Shown here: piece by piece, positions 13,778-26,060 of the stretch
Layout: each line of letters starts with the position of its first letter
Numbering within the stretch: the stretch's first letter is position 1
From: Selaginella moellendorffii
Lineage: Eukaryota > Plantae > Lycopodiophyta
Direction of reading: 5' to 3'
Assembly: GCF_000143415.4 (NCBI RefSeq)
Contig: NW_003314288.1
Location: 1,120,047-1,184,046 of the forward strand
Length of the DNA stretch: 64,000 nt
Notes under the pieces: model-generated
What the model was told of the DNA's origin: nothing
The model's input: only the letters and a program-made list of their open reading frames with translations
Databases searched by the model: none
Made by a program: the position numbers and the translations under genes

Positions 13778-14192
13778 NNNNNNNNNNNNNNNNNNNNNNN
13801 NNNNNNNNNNNNNNNNNNNNNNNNNNNNNNNNNNNNNNNNNNNNNNNNNNNNNNNNNNNNNNNNNNNNNNNNNNNNNNNNNNNNNNNNNNNNNNNNNNNN
13901 NNNNNNNNNNNNNNNNNNNNNNNNNNNNNNNNNNNNNNNNNNNNNNNNNNNNNNNNNNNNNNNNNNNNNNNNNNNNNNNNNNNNNNNNNNNNNNNNNNNN
14001 NNNNNNNNNNNNNNNNNNNNNNNNNNNNNNNNNNNNNNNNNNNNNNNNNNNNNNNNNNNNNNNNNNNNNNNNNNNNNNNNNNNNNNNNNNNNNNNNNNNN
14101 NNNNNNNNNNNNNNNNNNNNNNNNNNNNNNNNNNNNNNNNNNNNNNNNNNNNNNNNNNNNNNNNNNNNNNNNNNNNNNNNNNNNNNNNNNNN

Positions 14193-14730
14193 GTTCCAAA
14201 CAAAACTAGTGCATTCTAATTGCAATAGACTACATGGCAAAATGGGCTAAAGCTTAACGAATAAAGACTGCTACAACAAAGAACACAACAAAGTTCATTT
14301 ACAAAAACATCATTACAAGATATGGCTTACCTTGAGAATTCATCACAGATCAAGGAACACACTTCATCAATGAAACCATCAAGATTCTAACTCAAAAATT
14401 CACTATTCAACACAAGGCTTCAACATTGTACTACCCTCAAGGCAATGGTCAAGCAAAGTCTACAAACAAGACACTCAAAAACATCCTCATGAAAATCGTG
14501 AAAATAAATTAGAAAGACTAGGACGATCACATTTACGATGCCTTGTAGGCATATCGAACCACATGTAAGGTTTCAACAAATTCAACACCATTTAAGCTCG
14601 CTTACGGCTTTGAACCTTTGACACCACTCAAGTACATCGTTCCATCACTATGAATGGCAATACAATACGAAATCAACTAAGAAGAATTGATCAAAAAAAG
14701 ACTAGCCATGCTAGAACAATTTATTGCTAG
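14193..14730 (+). mobile_element. Integrase fragment, probably the 3' continuation of the Athila/Tat-like host element
   Basis: ILIAIDYMAKWAKA...IITRYGLP*EFITDQGTHFIN...STLYYPQGNGQAKSTNKTL, with the same A-rich composition as 5.6-8.6 kb. Confidence 0.8.
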
Positions 14731-14869
14731 CTAAGATCCTTTGACTATCTCGTTTTGAAACTTTGGAATGCTTAAGGAGTCTTTTCTAACACAGCAAAGA
14801 TGATGCTTCATATGATGGCCAAGGCTAACTTTTATCAAATGGTTCTTTTGATAGAGTTATGCAATCTCA

Positions 14870-17050
14870 TGTGCGAGGCACTACTTTGATGATGTTCTAT
14901 GACTAAGGAGGAACATGAGATGCATGTGAGGCAAATGTTGCCACTATTAAGGGAGAACAAGCTGTATTCTAAACTGTCAAAGCATGAGTTCTTCTTGGAG
15001 GAGATCACCTATCTCAGACATGTGGTGCTACAAGATGGTGTGTGGGAAGATCCTCAAAAGACTCAGATAGTCGTTGACTAGCTTGTTTCCCCTACTGTGC
15101 ATGGGTTTCCTTGGTATGGTGGGAGTCTTTTGCCAGTTTGTGAAGGACTTCTCCTTGATTGCTGCTCCTTTGGTGGATATTCTTCGAAACACCACCAAGC
15201 ATGCTAAGTTGGTGTGGGGTGAAAGTGTCAAGAAGTGTTTGAGCAGTTAAAGCAATCATGTATATTCTACAAATATTTGCTTGTGATAAGCCACTTGTGG
15301 TAGAAGGCTAAGGATCACGCTATGGAGTCTATGCATTCAGAGGATATGGCTCATGAGTCCTTTTCTCTTTCTGATCCTAGTGAGGCCATGGGTGTCAGTG
15401 TGGACCAAGGAGAGAATTTATCTACTCGTGTTCTAGCTGACACTGCTGTCACTAAGCTTTCTGAAGGAGTGAAGAAGAATTGTATCAACTCATCTGAGCT
15501 GTACGGTTGTTTGTGCAATGAGTTGTGCATAGCCAAGTGCTCAGTGTCCTCTTTGACTCTGGTGCTACGCATACTTTCATTAACAAGGCTAGTGATGAGG
15601 GTATAGGAGCTGTCTTGGTGCAAGACTGCTGTTCTATTGCCTACATAAGCCATAAGTTTGACGCAACTTAACTGAACTGCCAACTTGGGATAGGAAGTTG
15701 TATGTTGTAGTTGTTGCAGTCAAAGAGTGGAGGCATTATCTGTATGGTTTGGATTTTTCATGTGGATAACTTTACCACTTGTCACTCTTTTCACTCACCA
15801 GATGGAGCTTTGAGGCCAACTAACTCATTGACTGGAGTTTTTGAAGGAAATGGATGTGCAGATTCTAAATCACCAGAGGGGTTTAAGGTGACGAAAACCG
15901 ATTTCCCAGTAAAAGTCAAAGGGTAATTTTGACCACAGATTACTCAGATGATGTTTAAAGCAAAGTTGCTAGGTTTTCCAAGATCTACAACTTCTCTTTA
16001 AGACAATTTTTCTGTTTCTGAAAGGAGTAGACAGTAAAAGTGGTTGTTTCTCCATTGTCTAGGATGGTGAACTCTATCTCATTTGGGAAGCTCTCTAGTG
16101 GTTTGTTGGATGAAATTAAGGAGCTTGCTTACTTCAATTCCCTTCAATGTACGAGAGATGTTTCCTAGTCAAGAGGAATCAGGCTATGGTTCCTAGAGAT
16201 GATGTTCTTTTACAGTGGATTTTGTAAGAGTGTCTGTTGCACCAAGTGCAGGACATTGAGGACGTGTGTTCTGGTAGAGACGCATTTATTTTGGCCTGGA
16301 ATGAAATCAGGTGCTGATAAGTATGTGCACAGTTGTTAGACCGGCCAGGCAGTCACAATGGATTGTCAGAAGCATGAAGGTCTCTACCATAGGTAACCTC
16401 AGTGGAAGTGGAATAGCATTTTCTATGAGTTTCATAGTAGACACTTCAAAGCAATGATGCTATCTGGGTTGTTGTGGATTAGCTCACTTCTTCCTTGTGA
16501 AGATGAATGCTAAAGCTTTTGACCTTGCTCAGCTGTTTGTCTCTATAGACTGCCTAAAGATGTTGTAAGTGATCGGGATCCCATGTTCACTTTGGAGTTT
16601 TGGCAAACAGTGTTCCAGAAGCTTGAGACAAAGCTGAGCATGAGCATCCACAGTCAGATGGACAAACAAAACAAGTTAATTAGGTGCTAGAAGACATGCT
16701 GAGATTGTTTGTTGGTCATCTGAAGAGGCAAGGTATTTGGGAGAAGTACTTGCCTTTGTTAGAGTTTGCCGATAACTGTGCCTTCCTTTGGCTATTGAGA
16801 TGGCTCCATTTATGGCAATGTATGGCTTTCAACCTCGGTCCCCTGTTGGTATGAACTTGGCTTCTCTTAAGGTGCACCAGGCAAATGAGTTGGCTGATGA
16901 GCATCATCAGCACAAGCAGTTTCAGGTTGGAGACAAGGTTTTCCTTCAGTTGTCTGAAGCTCAGTGAGCTCTTCAAGGTGGAGGTAGTTCTAAATTGTTG
17001 CCACAGTACTGTGGGCCTTGGATTATTCTCAAACGAGTTGGAGTATTGAG
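14870..17050 (+). mobile_element. Degenerate Ty3/Gypsy pol remnant (RT, RNase H, integrase)
   Basis: YFDDVL...EEHEMHVRQMLPLLRENKLYSKLSKHEFF; integrase PKDVVSDRDPMFT...HPQSDGQT...LEDMLR; KLLPQYCGPWIILKRVG near 17000. Confidence 0.75.
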
Positions 17051-17474
17051 TGTATCGATATCTTTTAGTTAGCAGATTATATTGAAGAATTGAAGACTAC
17101 CTACAGTTAAGTGCATGCAGCAACAGATCATATAAAAAATGAATGCAGAGAATAACAAATTGGGATTTCTAGGATGTTTGTGTGTGTTGTTAGTAATAAT
17201 AATAATAATCATAAAAACCTGATGTTCAGCCAGTTAGAAGATTGTCTGAAAATTATGCATGTACTGATTCTTCAGCTCTTGAGCAACTGGCTCACTTTCT
17301 ATATAAATCAAAGAGATTTTTTTAACAATAATAATAATAAATAAATAAACATCTAAGCTGCTGCAGTTAAGCTGTGACATTGTAAAGTTTAAAAAGGAAA
17401 AGAATTAGAAAAAGAACAAACAGAAAACACGAGCTTCATGCAAGAGCAGAGAAACAAATCGGGATTTCTAGGGT

Positions 17475-19878
17475 ATGCGTGCGGCGCTAGGGTTTGTGCG
17501 GTGTGTGTGTCATTTCTCAACAATCTCATGCAGTGGAAATCGTTTTTCAGGGATCCCACTTTCTGGTGGGACAACAGGTTCAAGAAGAAAAACAAGTTCT
17601 TCTCACCCGGATTTCAAACATGTTTCTACCGGAGAGAGCCTGTGGATCGCCAACAGGGAAACACCAACCTGGGTCTCTGCAAAACTCGAGTCGCTCGCTG
17701 ACCCAGCTGTAGGTAAGGCCACCACGGTCCGCTACAAATCTCCACATACCCCACCTGTAGCTGGTGATGAACGGGTGAGTTTAGGGAGGCTGGTACACCG
17801 CGTGAGAGACTCAGCTGAGAGCAGATCCCTTCCTTTGGGAAAACAAGCCCATGAAGCTGTGCTCAAGAGTGATGAGCACAAAAGCAACATCTACTTGTTG
17901 ACGGGATTGATCGATATGTACTGCAAGTGTGGCGAGCTTGAGGAGGCTCGCAAGATTTTCGACTCCATGGGAACCCGGAGTGTTGTGTCCTACAACGCGA
18001 TCATCCAGGGCTGCGGCTCGAACGGGCAAGCTGAACTTGCTCTGGAGTACTACTCTGCCCTGAGAGCTTGTACCACCATTCAACCCAACGATCGGACACA
18101 TATCGCGGTGATCAGCGCCTGCTCCAGACTTGCTACCGAATCCAGCGAGAAGAGGGAGAGAGCTCTACGCATTGGGATGGAGATCCATTCAATTCTCAGC
18201 AAGGAGAAGAAACAGGTAGATCTGTTCGTGGCGACTTGCCTGGTAGATATGTACTGCAAGTGTGGCGAGCTTGAGGAGGGTCGCAAGATTTTCCACTCCA
18301 TGGGAACTCGGAGTGTTGTGTCCTACACCGCGATCATCAACGGCTGCAACTCGAACGGGCAAGCTGAACTTGCTCTGGAGTACTACTCTGCCCTGAGAGC
18401 TGATAACACCATTCAGACGATCGGACTCATGTCGTGGTGATCAGCGCCTGCTCCACACTTGCTACCGAATCCAGCGAGAAGAGGGAGAGAGCTCTACGCG
18501 TTGGGATGGAGATCCATTCAATGCTGAGCAAGGAGAAGAAACAGCTAGATCTGTTCGTGGCGAATTGCCTGGTAGACATGTACTGCAAGTGTGGCAAGCT
18601 TGAGGAGGCTCGCAAGATTTTCCACTCCATGGGAACTCGGAGTGTTGTGTCCTACACCGCGATCATCCAGGGCTGCAACACGAACGGGCGAGCTGAACTT
18701 GCTCTGGAGTACTACTGTGCCCTGAGAGCTGATAACACCATTCAAGCTGATGCTTGCACCTACACCTGCGTCCTTGTTGCTTGCGGGAGTGTGATGGCGA
18801 TCAAGCTCGGGAGGGAGATTCACCAGCTGGCGAAGCATAAAGGGCTGCTGGAAAACAATCCAGTTCTGGGCTCCAGCCTGGTGAGCTTCTACGGCAAATG
18901 CGGCGATGTTGATTCTGCTCAGGAAGCGTTTGACGAGTGCCGAGCTCGAGACGACACGGGTCTCTGGAACTCTCTCATACAGGCTTACACTCTCCAGGGC
19001 CGATCGATCGAGGCCTTGGAGCGTTTCTATTCCATGACTCAGGAGGAGGGCTGTAAAGCTGACGATGTGAGTTTTGTCTCGGTGTTGAACGCTTGCAGCC
19101 ATGGTGGTCTGGTCGGGAAAGGAAGGCAGCTTTGGATGAAATGCCCAAGCAGTATGGAGTCAAGCCACGTCTGGAGCATTATGTGTGCCTGATCGATATG
19201 CTCGGGCGAGCTAACCTCCTCGACGAAGCTGTGAGAGTTCTCAGAGCCATGCCTTTTGAACCGGATGCAGTGGTTTGGACGTTCCTGCCCGGAGCCTGCC
19301 GGAAGTGGAAGAATTACATGATCGGCAAACTCGCGTTTGAGCGTCTTGTGGAGATGGATCCCAAGAGCGGCACGCCCTACGCATTGATGGCCAATATATT
19401 TGGAAACCTGGGGATGCTCAGTGAAAGGGCCACTGTTGAGGAGAGAATGAGAGGTGAAGGCAGCTTCAGGGAGCCCGGGAGAAGCTGGTGGACGGATGTT
19501 AGCTCAGGAAAAGTGCATTCTTTTTCTGTCGGGGATAGGAGTCACTCACAGAGCGACGAGATTGCGGCCAAGCTCAAGCAATTGTTGCTGAGAATGAAAG
19601 AGGAGGGGTACACGAGCGATGTGATCAACGTTCTAAAAGTGGAAGAGAAAGAGGATCACCTGTGCGGCCACAGTGAGAAGCTTGTGCTGGGGTGTGCTCT
19701 GGTGAACTCGCACCAGAAGGAGACCATCAGAATTGTGAAAAATTTCCGAGTTTGTGACAATTGCCATGCGGCCACTGCTCTCATCTCTAAGCTGGAAAAA
19801 AGGCTAATCATCTGCAAAGATGCCAGTCGGGTTCATGTGTTCCAGGATGGCAGATGTTCCTGTGACAACTACTTTTGA
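17475..19878 (+). pseudogene. PLS-class PPR protein with E and DYW-type (DYW:WW-like) deaminase domain, two frameshifts
   Basis: Three ORFs (17475-18440, 18434-19192, 19093-19878) join into P-L-S repeats, E motifs, PGRSWWTD, HSEKL, CDNCH and a CSCDNYF* end. Frameshifts at ~18417 (4-bp deletion relative to the preceding repeat) and ~19125. Confidence 0.88.
17913..18745 (+). repeat. Near-identical tandem repeat of a 333-bp (111-aa) PLS triplet, ~2.5 copies
   Basis: ATGTACTGCAAGTGTGGC recurs at 17916, 18249 and 18578 (spacing 333 and 329 bp). Confidence 0.93.
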
Positions 19879-20281
19879 AAACATGTCAGTGCTCTTTCTT
19901 GAAGTTATCCCTGGTTTTAAACCCTCCGTGAGTCAAGCAGAAACATGGGCCGCTGAGTGAGCATGCCTCGTCAAAGTACTGCCGTCAACCTGAACTTCAC
20001 GGAGAAAAAATTAACATTTAAAAGTTAAAACTATGCAAAAGGAGGATGACACGTTGTCTTAAATTTAAATTTCTTTTTGGTAGCAGAATCGGGGAATGCT
20101 GACTAAACCTGCCAACAGGTGCCCCAAACAGAGCGCCCAGATTCAGATAATAAGCCTTAGTATGAAGACTTGCCAGTACCCAAACTCTTTGCTGATAGCA
20201 AGTACCGCCTCATGTTCCGGGAGCAAGGTGATGGCAGCTTGCGGCATGACCAACTTTGGGTTTGTGCTCCTAGAGCACGTT

Positions 20282-20397
20282 TGTTAGGCACCAGGTCAGG
20301 ATAATAGGATAAAGAAAGGGCCCTACAATCAAGTGATCACCCCTTTAGCCAGTTGACTTAGGGTGTAAGGGATAGGATCCTAACATTGGTATTAGAG
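20282..20397 (+). mobile_element. Foreign 104-bp LTR plus Met-tRNA PBS in inverted orientation
   Basis: TGTTAGG(20282)...CCTAACA(20385), 7-bp inverted termini, then T-TGGTATTAGAG (20387-20397). Confidence 0.75.
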
Positions 20398-20470
20398 AAT
20401 CTTTCCCCCCAACAAAGTCCTTGTCCCAAGGACGAGTTGTACCGGTGATCACCCTTTCTGGGAATCCTGC

Positions 20471-23400
20471 TCAAGCTCCTGGTCCATCTTCCACAGCCGT
20501 ATACATCAAGGAGGCATTGGGCCCGTCACTCCGAGATAGTACACCTTTCAACTGGCTGACATAAAATACCGGATGAATTTTCACCCCAACTGGCAGCCGC
20601 ACCCGATAAGCCGCTTTACCAATGCGCTCCAGCACTTCATATGGACCAGCATATCGATGGGAAAGTTTATCACTCTTCCCTGTCCGTAAAGGCACCAAGG
20701 TGTTCTGCCGCTCACTTGACGGAAAGATCACTCGCACAAAGACGAGATCACCCACCTTATATTCCCGGAATTTGGCGATGCTCATTAGCAAACTTCTCCG
20801 CTTTATCCTGAGTTGCTTGCAAATTCCATTTACACACCACCAGAATCTCATCAAGTTCTGTGGCCAGATCAGTTGCCTCGGAATCAAGCTTATCTTGAAC
20901 GTCCTTACTCAAATGCAATCCCAACTCCACCACTGTTCGAGGATGCCTTCCAAACATGGCAAAGTAAGGACTTAACTTGGTTCCATTGTGTTGGCTATTG
21001 TTGTAAGCAAATTGCACCAACGGAAGATATAGATCCCACTATCCTTGCCTTTGACCAATGCTACAACGTAGCATATCCTCCACCACCTGACTCACACGCT
21101 CAGTTTGCCCATCCGTCTGAGGATGATCTCCACTCGAGAGTTTCAAAGTCACTTGTATAGCCTTTGCAAAGCTTTTCCAAAATCCACTGGTGAACTTTGA
21201 ATCTCGATCACTAATGATTTCCTCCGGCAAACCAAAATCAGGAAAAACCTTCTCCAAGTAAACCGTAGCCAAGTCTGAGGCAGTGACAGTCTTCCGAAGA
21301 GCCAACAACCGCACATACTTCGTCAATCGGTCCACTATGACCCATACTTGCTCCTTTTGCCTCTGTGTTCGTGGCAAACAAGTGATGAAGTCCATAGAGA
21401 TACTACACCAACGGCTCTGAGGAATAGGTAAAGGTTGCAAAAGTCCCCCTGGCTTCTCCCATGGCACCTTAACCCGCTGACAAAGCTCGCATGATTTACA
21501 ATACTTGAGGATATCAGCTTTCATATTCCTCCAATAAAAGTTGCGCTTAATCAACTCATACGTCTTCTTCCCCCCAAAATGACCGGCCTCTGGACTATCA
21601 TGATAGTGGAATAAAACTTGAGTAATTAACGCATCCACCCGTGGCAAATAGACACGGCCATTGTAGTAGAAAATCCCATCCACCAATGAGAAAGGAGCTT
21701 CCATCTGGTCTCGCAAAGAGGCCACCTCAGCATCCTGAGCCTGAGCATGCTCAACCAATTGCCCAAACTCGCTGACCACCTTACTCAAATGATGACAAAA
21801 TTGTGTTCGTAACGTCGTCACATGACGAACACGAGATAAAGCATCCGCCACCACATTTGTTTTTCCCGGACGATGCTTAATAGGAAACTCCCCAAACTCC
21901 ATGAGTTTGACCATCTAACGAGCTTGCCTAGTGTTCAACTCCTTCTGTGTGAAAAGATACACAAGTGGTTTGTGATCTGTCAACACCACGAACATTGCAC
22001 CATAAAGATAGTGCCGCCACATCCGCAAAGCATGAACAATAGAGAGTAACTCTTGCTCATATGTGGAATAGCGTTGCTCTGCGGAATTCAAAGTTCGACT
22101 CTCATATGCAATAGGCTGTCCCTCTTGCATGAGAACTCCTCTCAGTGCATAACCACTCGCATCGCATGTCACCTCATAAGGTTTCGATGGATCAGCAATG
22201 CGAAGCACTGGAGCCTTGATCAACAATCGTTTCAGCGCCACAAAACTCTCCTCTTGTGGTGTCTTACACTCGAATGGCACATTCTTGCGTAACAACCGCG
22301 TCAACGGAATAGCCACCTCTGCAAACTTATGCTGGAAACGTCGGTAGTAACTAGCCATACCAAGAAAACTGCACAACTCGGCCACTGTAGTCGGTGTAGG
22401 CCAGTTTTCCACCACAGCCACCTTCCTTGGATCCGTCTTGACACCCTTAGATGTCACAATATGGCCTAGATATTCCACCTCCGACTTTGCAAATTCACAT
22501 TTGCTCTTCTTTGCATAAAGTTTGCTGTCTCGAAGTAACAAAAGAACCTTGCGCAAATGCACCCTATGCTCCTCCATATTCTTGCTAAAAACAAGAATAT
22601 CGTCCAAGAAAATCTCCACAAACTCATGAAGATAACGCCCAAATACCTCCGTCATCAACCGAGTAAATGTGGCCGGTGCATTCGTCAAACCAAACGGCAT
22701 AACTGTAAACTCAAAATGTCCGAAGCTTGTGTTGAATGCCGTCTTGGAGATAGATGCATCATCCATTGCAATCTGATGATATCCACTCCTCAGATCAATC
22801 TTGGTAAACACTCGTGCTTCACCAAGCTTGTCCAAGATATCATCCACACGTGGCATCGGCATCTTGTCCTTCACTGTCTTCTTGTTTAAAGCATGGTAGT
22901 CAATACACATCCGCATTGAACCGTCCTTCTTCTTCACAAGCAAGACCGGAGCACCAAACGGAGATTTATTTGGCTGAATAAATCCAAACTCAAGTAACTC
23001 CTTGACTTGTCGTTGAACTTCTTGCTCCTCCACATAACTTAACCGAAATGGACGCCGGTAAATTGGCCGCGTCTCCGGCTCCAATGTAATCCCATGCTCC
23101 ACACCTCGTAACGGAGGTAATCCATGAGGAATTTCAGATGGAAAAACATCAGAAAACTCGTCAAGTACATCCCATACTGCTGCTTCTCCCCCACACGTGC
23201 CTTGGTCCCCCAAGTCACGAACAAACAGCAAGTAACTTGAAAGTGCTTTTCCATTACGACAAGCCCGCTTCAAAGATGTAGCAGAGAGCATAACAACTGA
23301 TGGTTGAACACCCTCGCCAAACCACACATCTTTAACGCCACCATACTCCAATGAGATACGCTTAATGCTCCACTTTATCTCTGGATCCACCTTCACCAAC

Positions 23401-24824
23401 CATGGCATCCCAAGAATGAGATCCACACGATGAATAACCGCGAGATAAAAAGTCTCCACAAGTGTGGTTTTGCCAACCAACACTTCCAGCCCCTCGACAC
23501 AAGCATCGAAATGTTGAGTAGAGGTGGCTGCACCTTCCACTATGTATGGAAGAACTCCACGTGTGACCAGGCCATGCTCCGCAACAAACTTTGCCGAAAC
23601 AAAGTTGTCATCGCTCCCACTATCCAGTAAAATCCGCACTGGATCGCCACGGAACACGCCCTCCAGCATTAAAGCTGATTCATGCATATCCTCGAGCTCC
23701 ATCTTGTTCCACACACAGTTGAGTTGACGAGCAACGATCGAAAGTCTCTTCCTCCGACCGGAATGGTCGTTCTCGTCATCCTCACGCTGTAAAGCTTGCA
23801 ACTTTTTAGTATCTGACTTACCATGAGAAGATGATTGGCCATTCTTCTTGTCCTGCTGCTTGTTCTTCAATTGCAGACAATCAGCCTTGTAGTGTCCAAG
23901 TTCGCCACAATGATGACAACCCTGTCTATAATTCTTCACAAAGAACTTCTGCTTCTTGGACCCCTTTGCATCTGAAGTAGTCACCACTGACTTCAACTTG
24001 TGATGCTTGTTCCCATCCTTGTGTCCACGGCGATCATCACGACGATTCTCGATAGAAGGACTCCGCGACCGCTTGCGAGACTTGTGCTTATCATTGTCAA
24101 GCCGACGAGCCGCATCAAAGAGCTCCTCCAAACTCTTTGTAGGCTGAGAATGACGCAAGTGTTGCCGCATGCTCTCACTATGTAGGCCATCAATGAAGTA
24201 GGACTTGTTTTGATCTGGATCCTTCGTTGGAACACGACTAATCAAGCGAGTAAGCTTCTCAATATAATCCCTGAGCGTCATTTTCCCTTGCTAGAAATGG
24301 CGAAGTTCTGTACGAGCATTCTCCACATCGTAATGAGGGGCAAAACGTAAACGGAAAGTAGCCTCAAACTCATCCATGGTAGACACTGGTGGTTTCTTAT
24401 CCGCAACACGGGACTCCTCAAGCCAATTCCACCATCGAAGACCCACATCACGCAAAACCATCGGAATAGCTACTAAAGCCTCTGCATCTGGAGTTCCTCT
24501 AGCAGCCAAGAACTTCTTCATATTGGCTAGCCAAGCGAGACACTCGTCCACACCACCATCACCGGAAAAAGTTGGAATCTTGAGTCGATCTACCAAAGAA
24601 GGCTTACTTGGAGCGCTACCCCGTCCAGCCTCGAGTGCCTCAACACGCCCACGCATGGTATCCATCATGCCATGCATCTCGTCTTGCATCTCTTGCTGAT
24701 TTTTATTAAGGGCTCGCAGCTCATGAACCACATCTTGAATGGTCCAAATCTCCGCAGCTTCGTCGGCACCATCGTCGGCACCACCATCGACGATAGGATT
24801 CCAGCGTTCAGCTTGGTCGGCCAT
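20471..24824 (-). pseudogene. Gag-Pol polyprotein of family A copy 1 (gag, Zn knuckle, protease, RT, RNase H, integrase), with nonsense mutations
   Basis: CHHCGELGHYKADC, LDSGS, FLDD, CDASG, HDSPEAGH...CELC, SISMDF...SDRD...HPQTDGQTE. In-frame TAG stops at ~24291, ~21915 and ~21039, and a frameshift near 20780. No chromodomain seen. Confidence 0.92.
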
Positions 24825-24848
24825 CGCAACCAACTCCTTTGATACCAA

Positions 24849-25081
24849 TGTTATGATCCGGCGCAAAAAGACAAAGATCTAGTTGCCCTAGACTATGTTA
24901 CGCCACCTCTTGAGATTCCTCACCACCCAACCACCCCCGAGCTACCTCAAAAGCTCCACTGCGCTGCCGCTCCACCGTGAGCCCTAGGGTACGTTAAGTC
25001 CCTTACCCTAACATGCCTTAATATACCCTTGAGCCTCCCTTTGACCGACGTTGACCATGTAGTCAAAGCTGGCGCCTAACA
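24849..25081 (-). repeat. 5' LTR (233 bp) of family A copy 1
   Basis: On (-) reads TGTTAGGCGCCAG...GGATCATAACA, followed by the PBS. Homologous to the LTRs at 36660 and ~41455. Confidence 0.9.
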
Positions 25082-25675
25082 ACGTTGAAGACGTGTGGAA
25101 GCTGGTGACGGCAGCATTTTTTTCTTGCGACATACTCACCAGTTCCTCGGCGACGTCTTCCTTCCAGATTTTTTGAGCTTGTCGTGCGTGGTGACCTGCT
25201 TGCTCTCTCCTGTGACGACATCTTCCAGCCTCTGGTGCCCAACCTCAAGACTCTCTTGTGGATGGAGCTAGCCCTACACAGCATGTGTGTGTGTATCAAC
25301 CAGCAGATGCACAAATCGTTGAGAATTAGCAACAAGCAGCTCTCGAGAAGCAGTATGCGTTTCTGGACACACCGACGAGCTGGGGCTCCTCGGGAGGAGT
25401 TGTGTATCATAGGCTTAGTACGTAGTGTACTAGTGTACATGTACATGTGTTTCAGCTAAATATAATGGGCCAAATACACCGAAGAAGTGTGTATAAGAAG
25501 AGTAGAAACAAATTAAGAAATATAAATCAAGAAGTGCAAAAGAAATGAAAATAAAAATTTTCCATCCTCATCAGTTTGCTGAAATTAAGTTGGATTCAAT
25601 TCTTCCAGCTCCAAATTTTTTAAAGTTAATTAGTAGTAGAAAATAAGAAAAAAACAAACATTGAAAAAATAGTGT

Positions 25676-25849
25676 TGTGAGGGCCAAGTGTACGGCTACG
25701 ATGCCGTATACTAATATTAGCGTAGTGGATTTTGGTAGCCGTCGGATTGGTTTCAATCCGGACCACTCGCTCCTGTATATAAGCTATGGTTTTTGGGTTA
25801 ATTGATATGCACATTTCTGTATTCCTTTTCCATATTCCATGCACTCACA
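25676..25849 (+). repeat. 5' LTR (174 bp)
   Basis: Direct repeat of 30490-30663 with 2 mismatches; contains TATATAA. Confidence 0.96.
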
Positions 25850-25850
25850 T

Positions 25851-25866
25851 TGGTGGAGGTGAGGGG
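25851..25866 (+). promoter_or_regulatory. Primer-binding site, tRNA-Ala-like
   Basis: TGGTGGAGGTGAGGGG lies 1 nt after the LTR and is complementary to a ...CTCCACCA tRNA 3' end, typical of tRNA-Ala. Confidence 0.65.
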
Positions 25867-26060
25867 CACCTTTGATTGTCCCTGGGGAGTGCTTGGATTT
25901 GGGATTTCGGTTTAGATCTAGCTTTTTCCATTTCCTTTCTTTTGTTCTTTCCTTTCAGGATTTTGGTTTAGATCTAGCTTTTTGCATTGTCTAGATCTAC
26001 CATTTCTTTCCAGCTTTTTGTCATTTCTCTTCTTTTGCTCTTTCTTTCTCATTCATTTTC

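Larger units (their letters stand above)
20282..25081 (-). mobile_element. Ty3/Gypsy LTR retrotransposon (family A, copy 1) with an aberrant 3' end; TSD ACGTT
   Basis: 5' LTR at 24849-25081 (-), PBS TGGTATCAAAG at 24837-24847, gag-pol, PPT GGGGGGAAAG at 20401-20410 (-). ACGTT direct repeats at 20277-20281 and 25082-25086. Confidence 0.9.

Noticed and set aside
9752-14240. Long ORFs with runs of X
   Set aside because: Artefacts of N-gaps.
24291-24293. TAG within gag of family A copy 1 as a possible programmed read-through site
   Set aside because: The sister copy has CAG at the equivalent codon (~37410), so it is a nonsense mutation.
20282-25081. Interpretation as a DIRS/tyrosine-recombinase element or DNA transposon because of the inverted termini
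   Set aside because: It encodes a protease and a DDE integrase, and the sister copy has normal direct LTRs.
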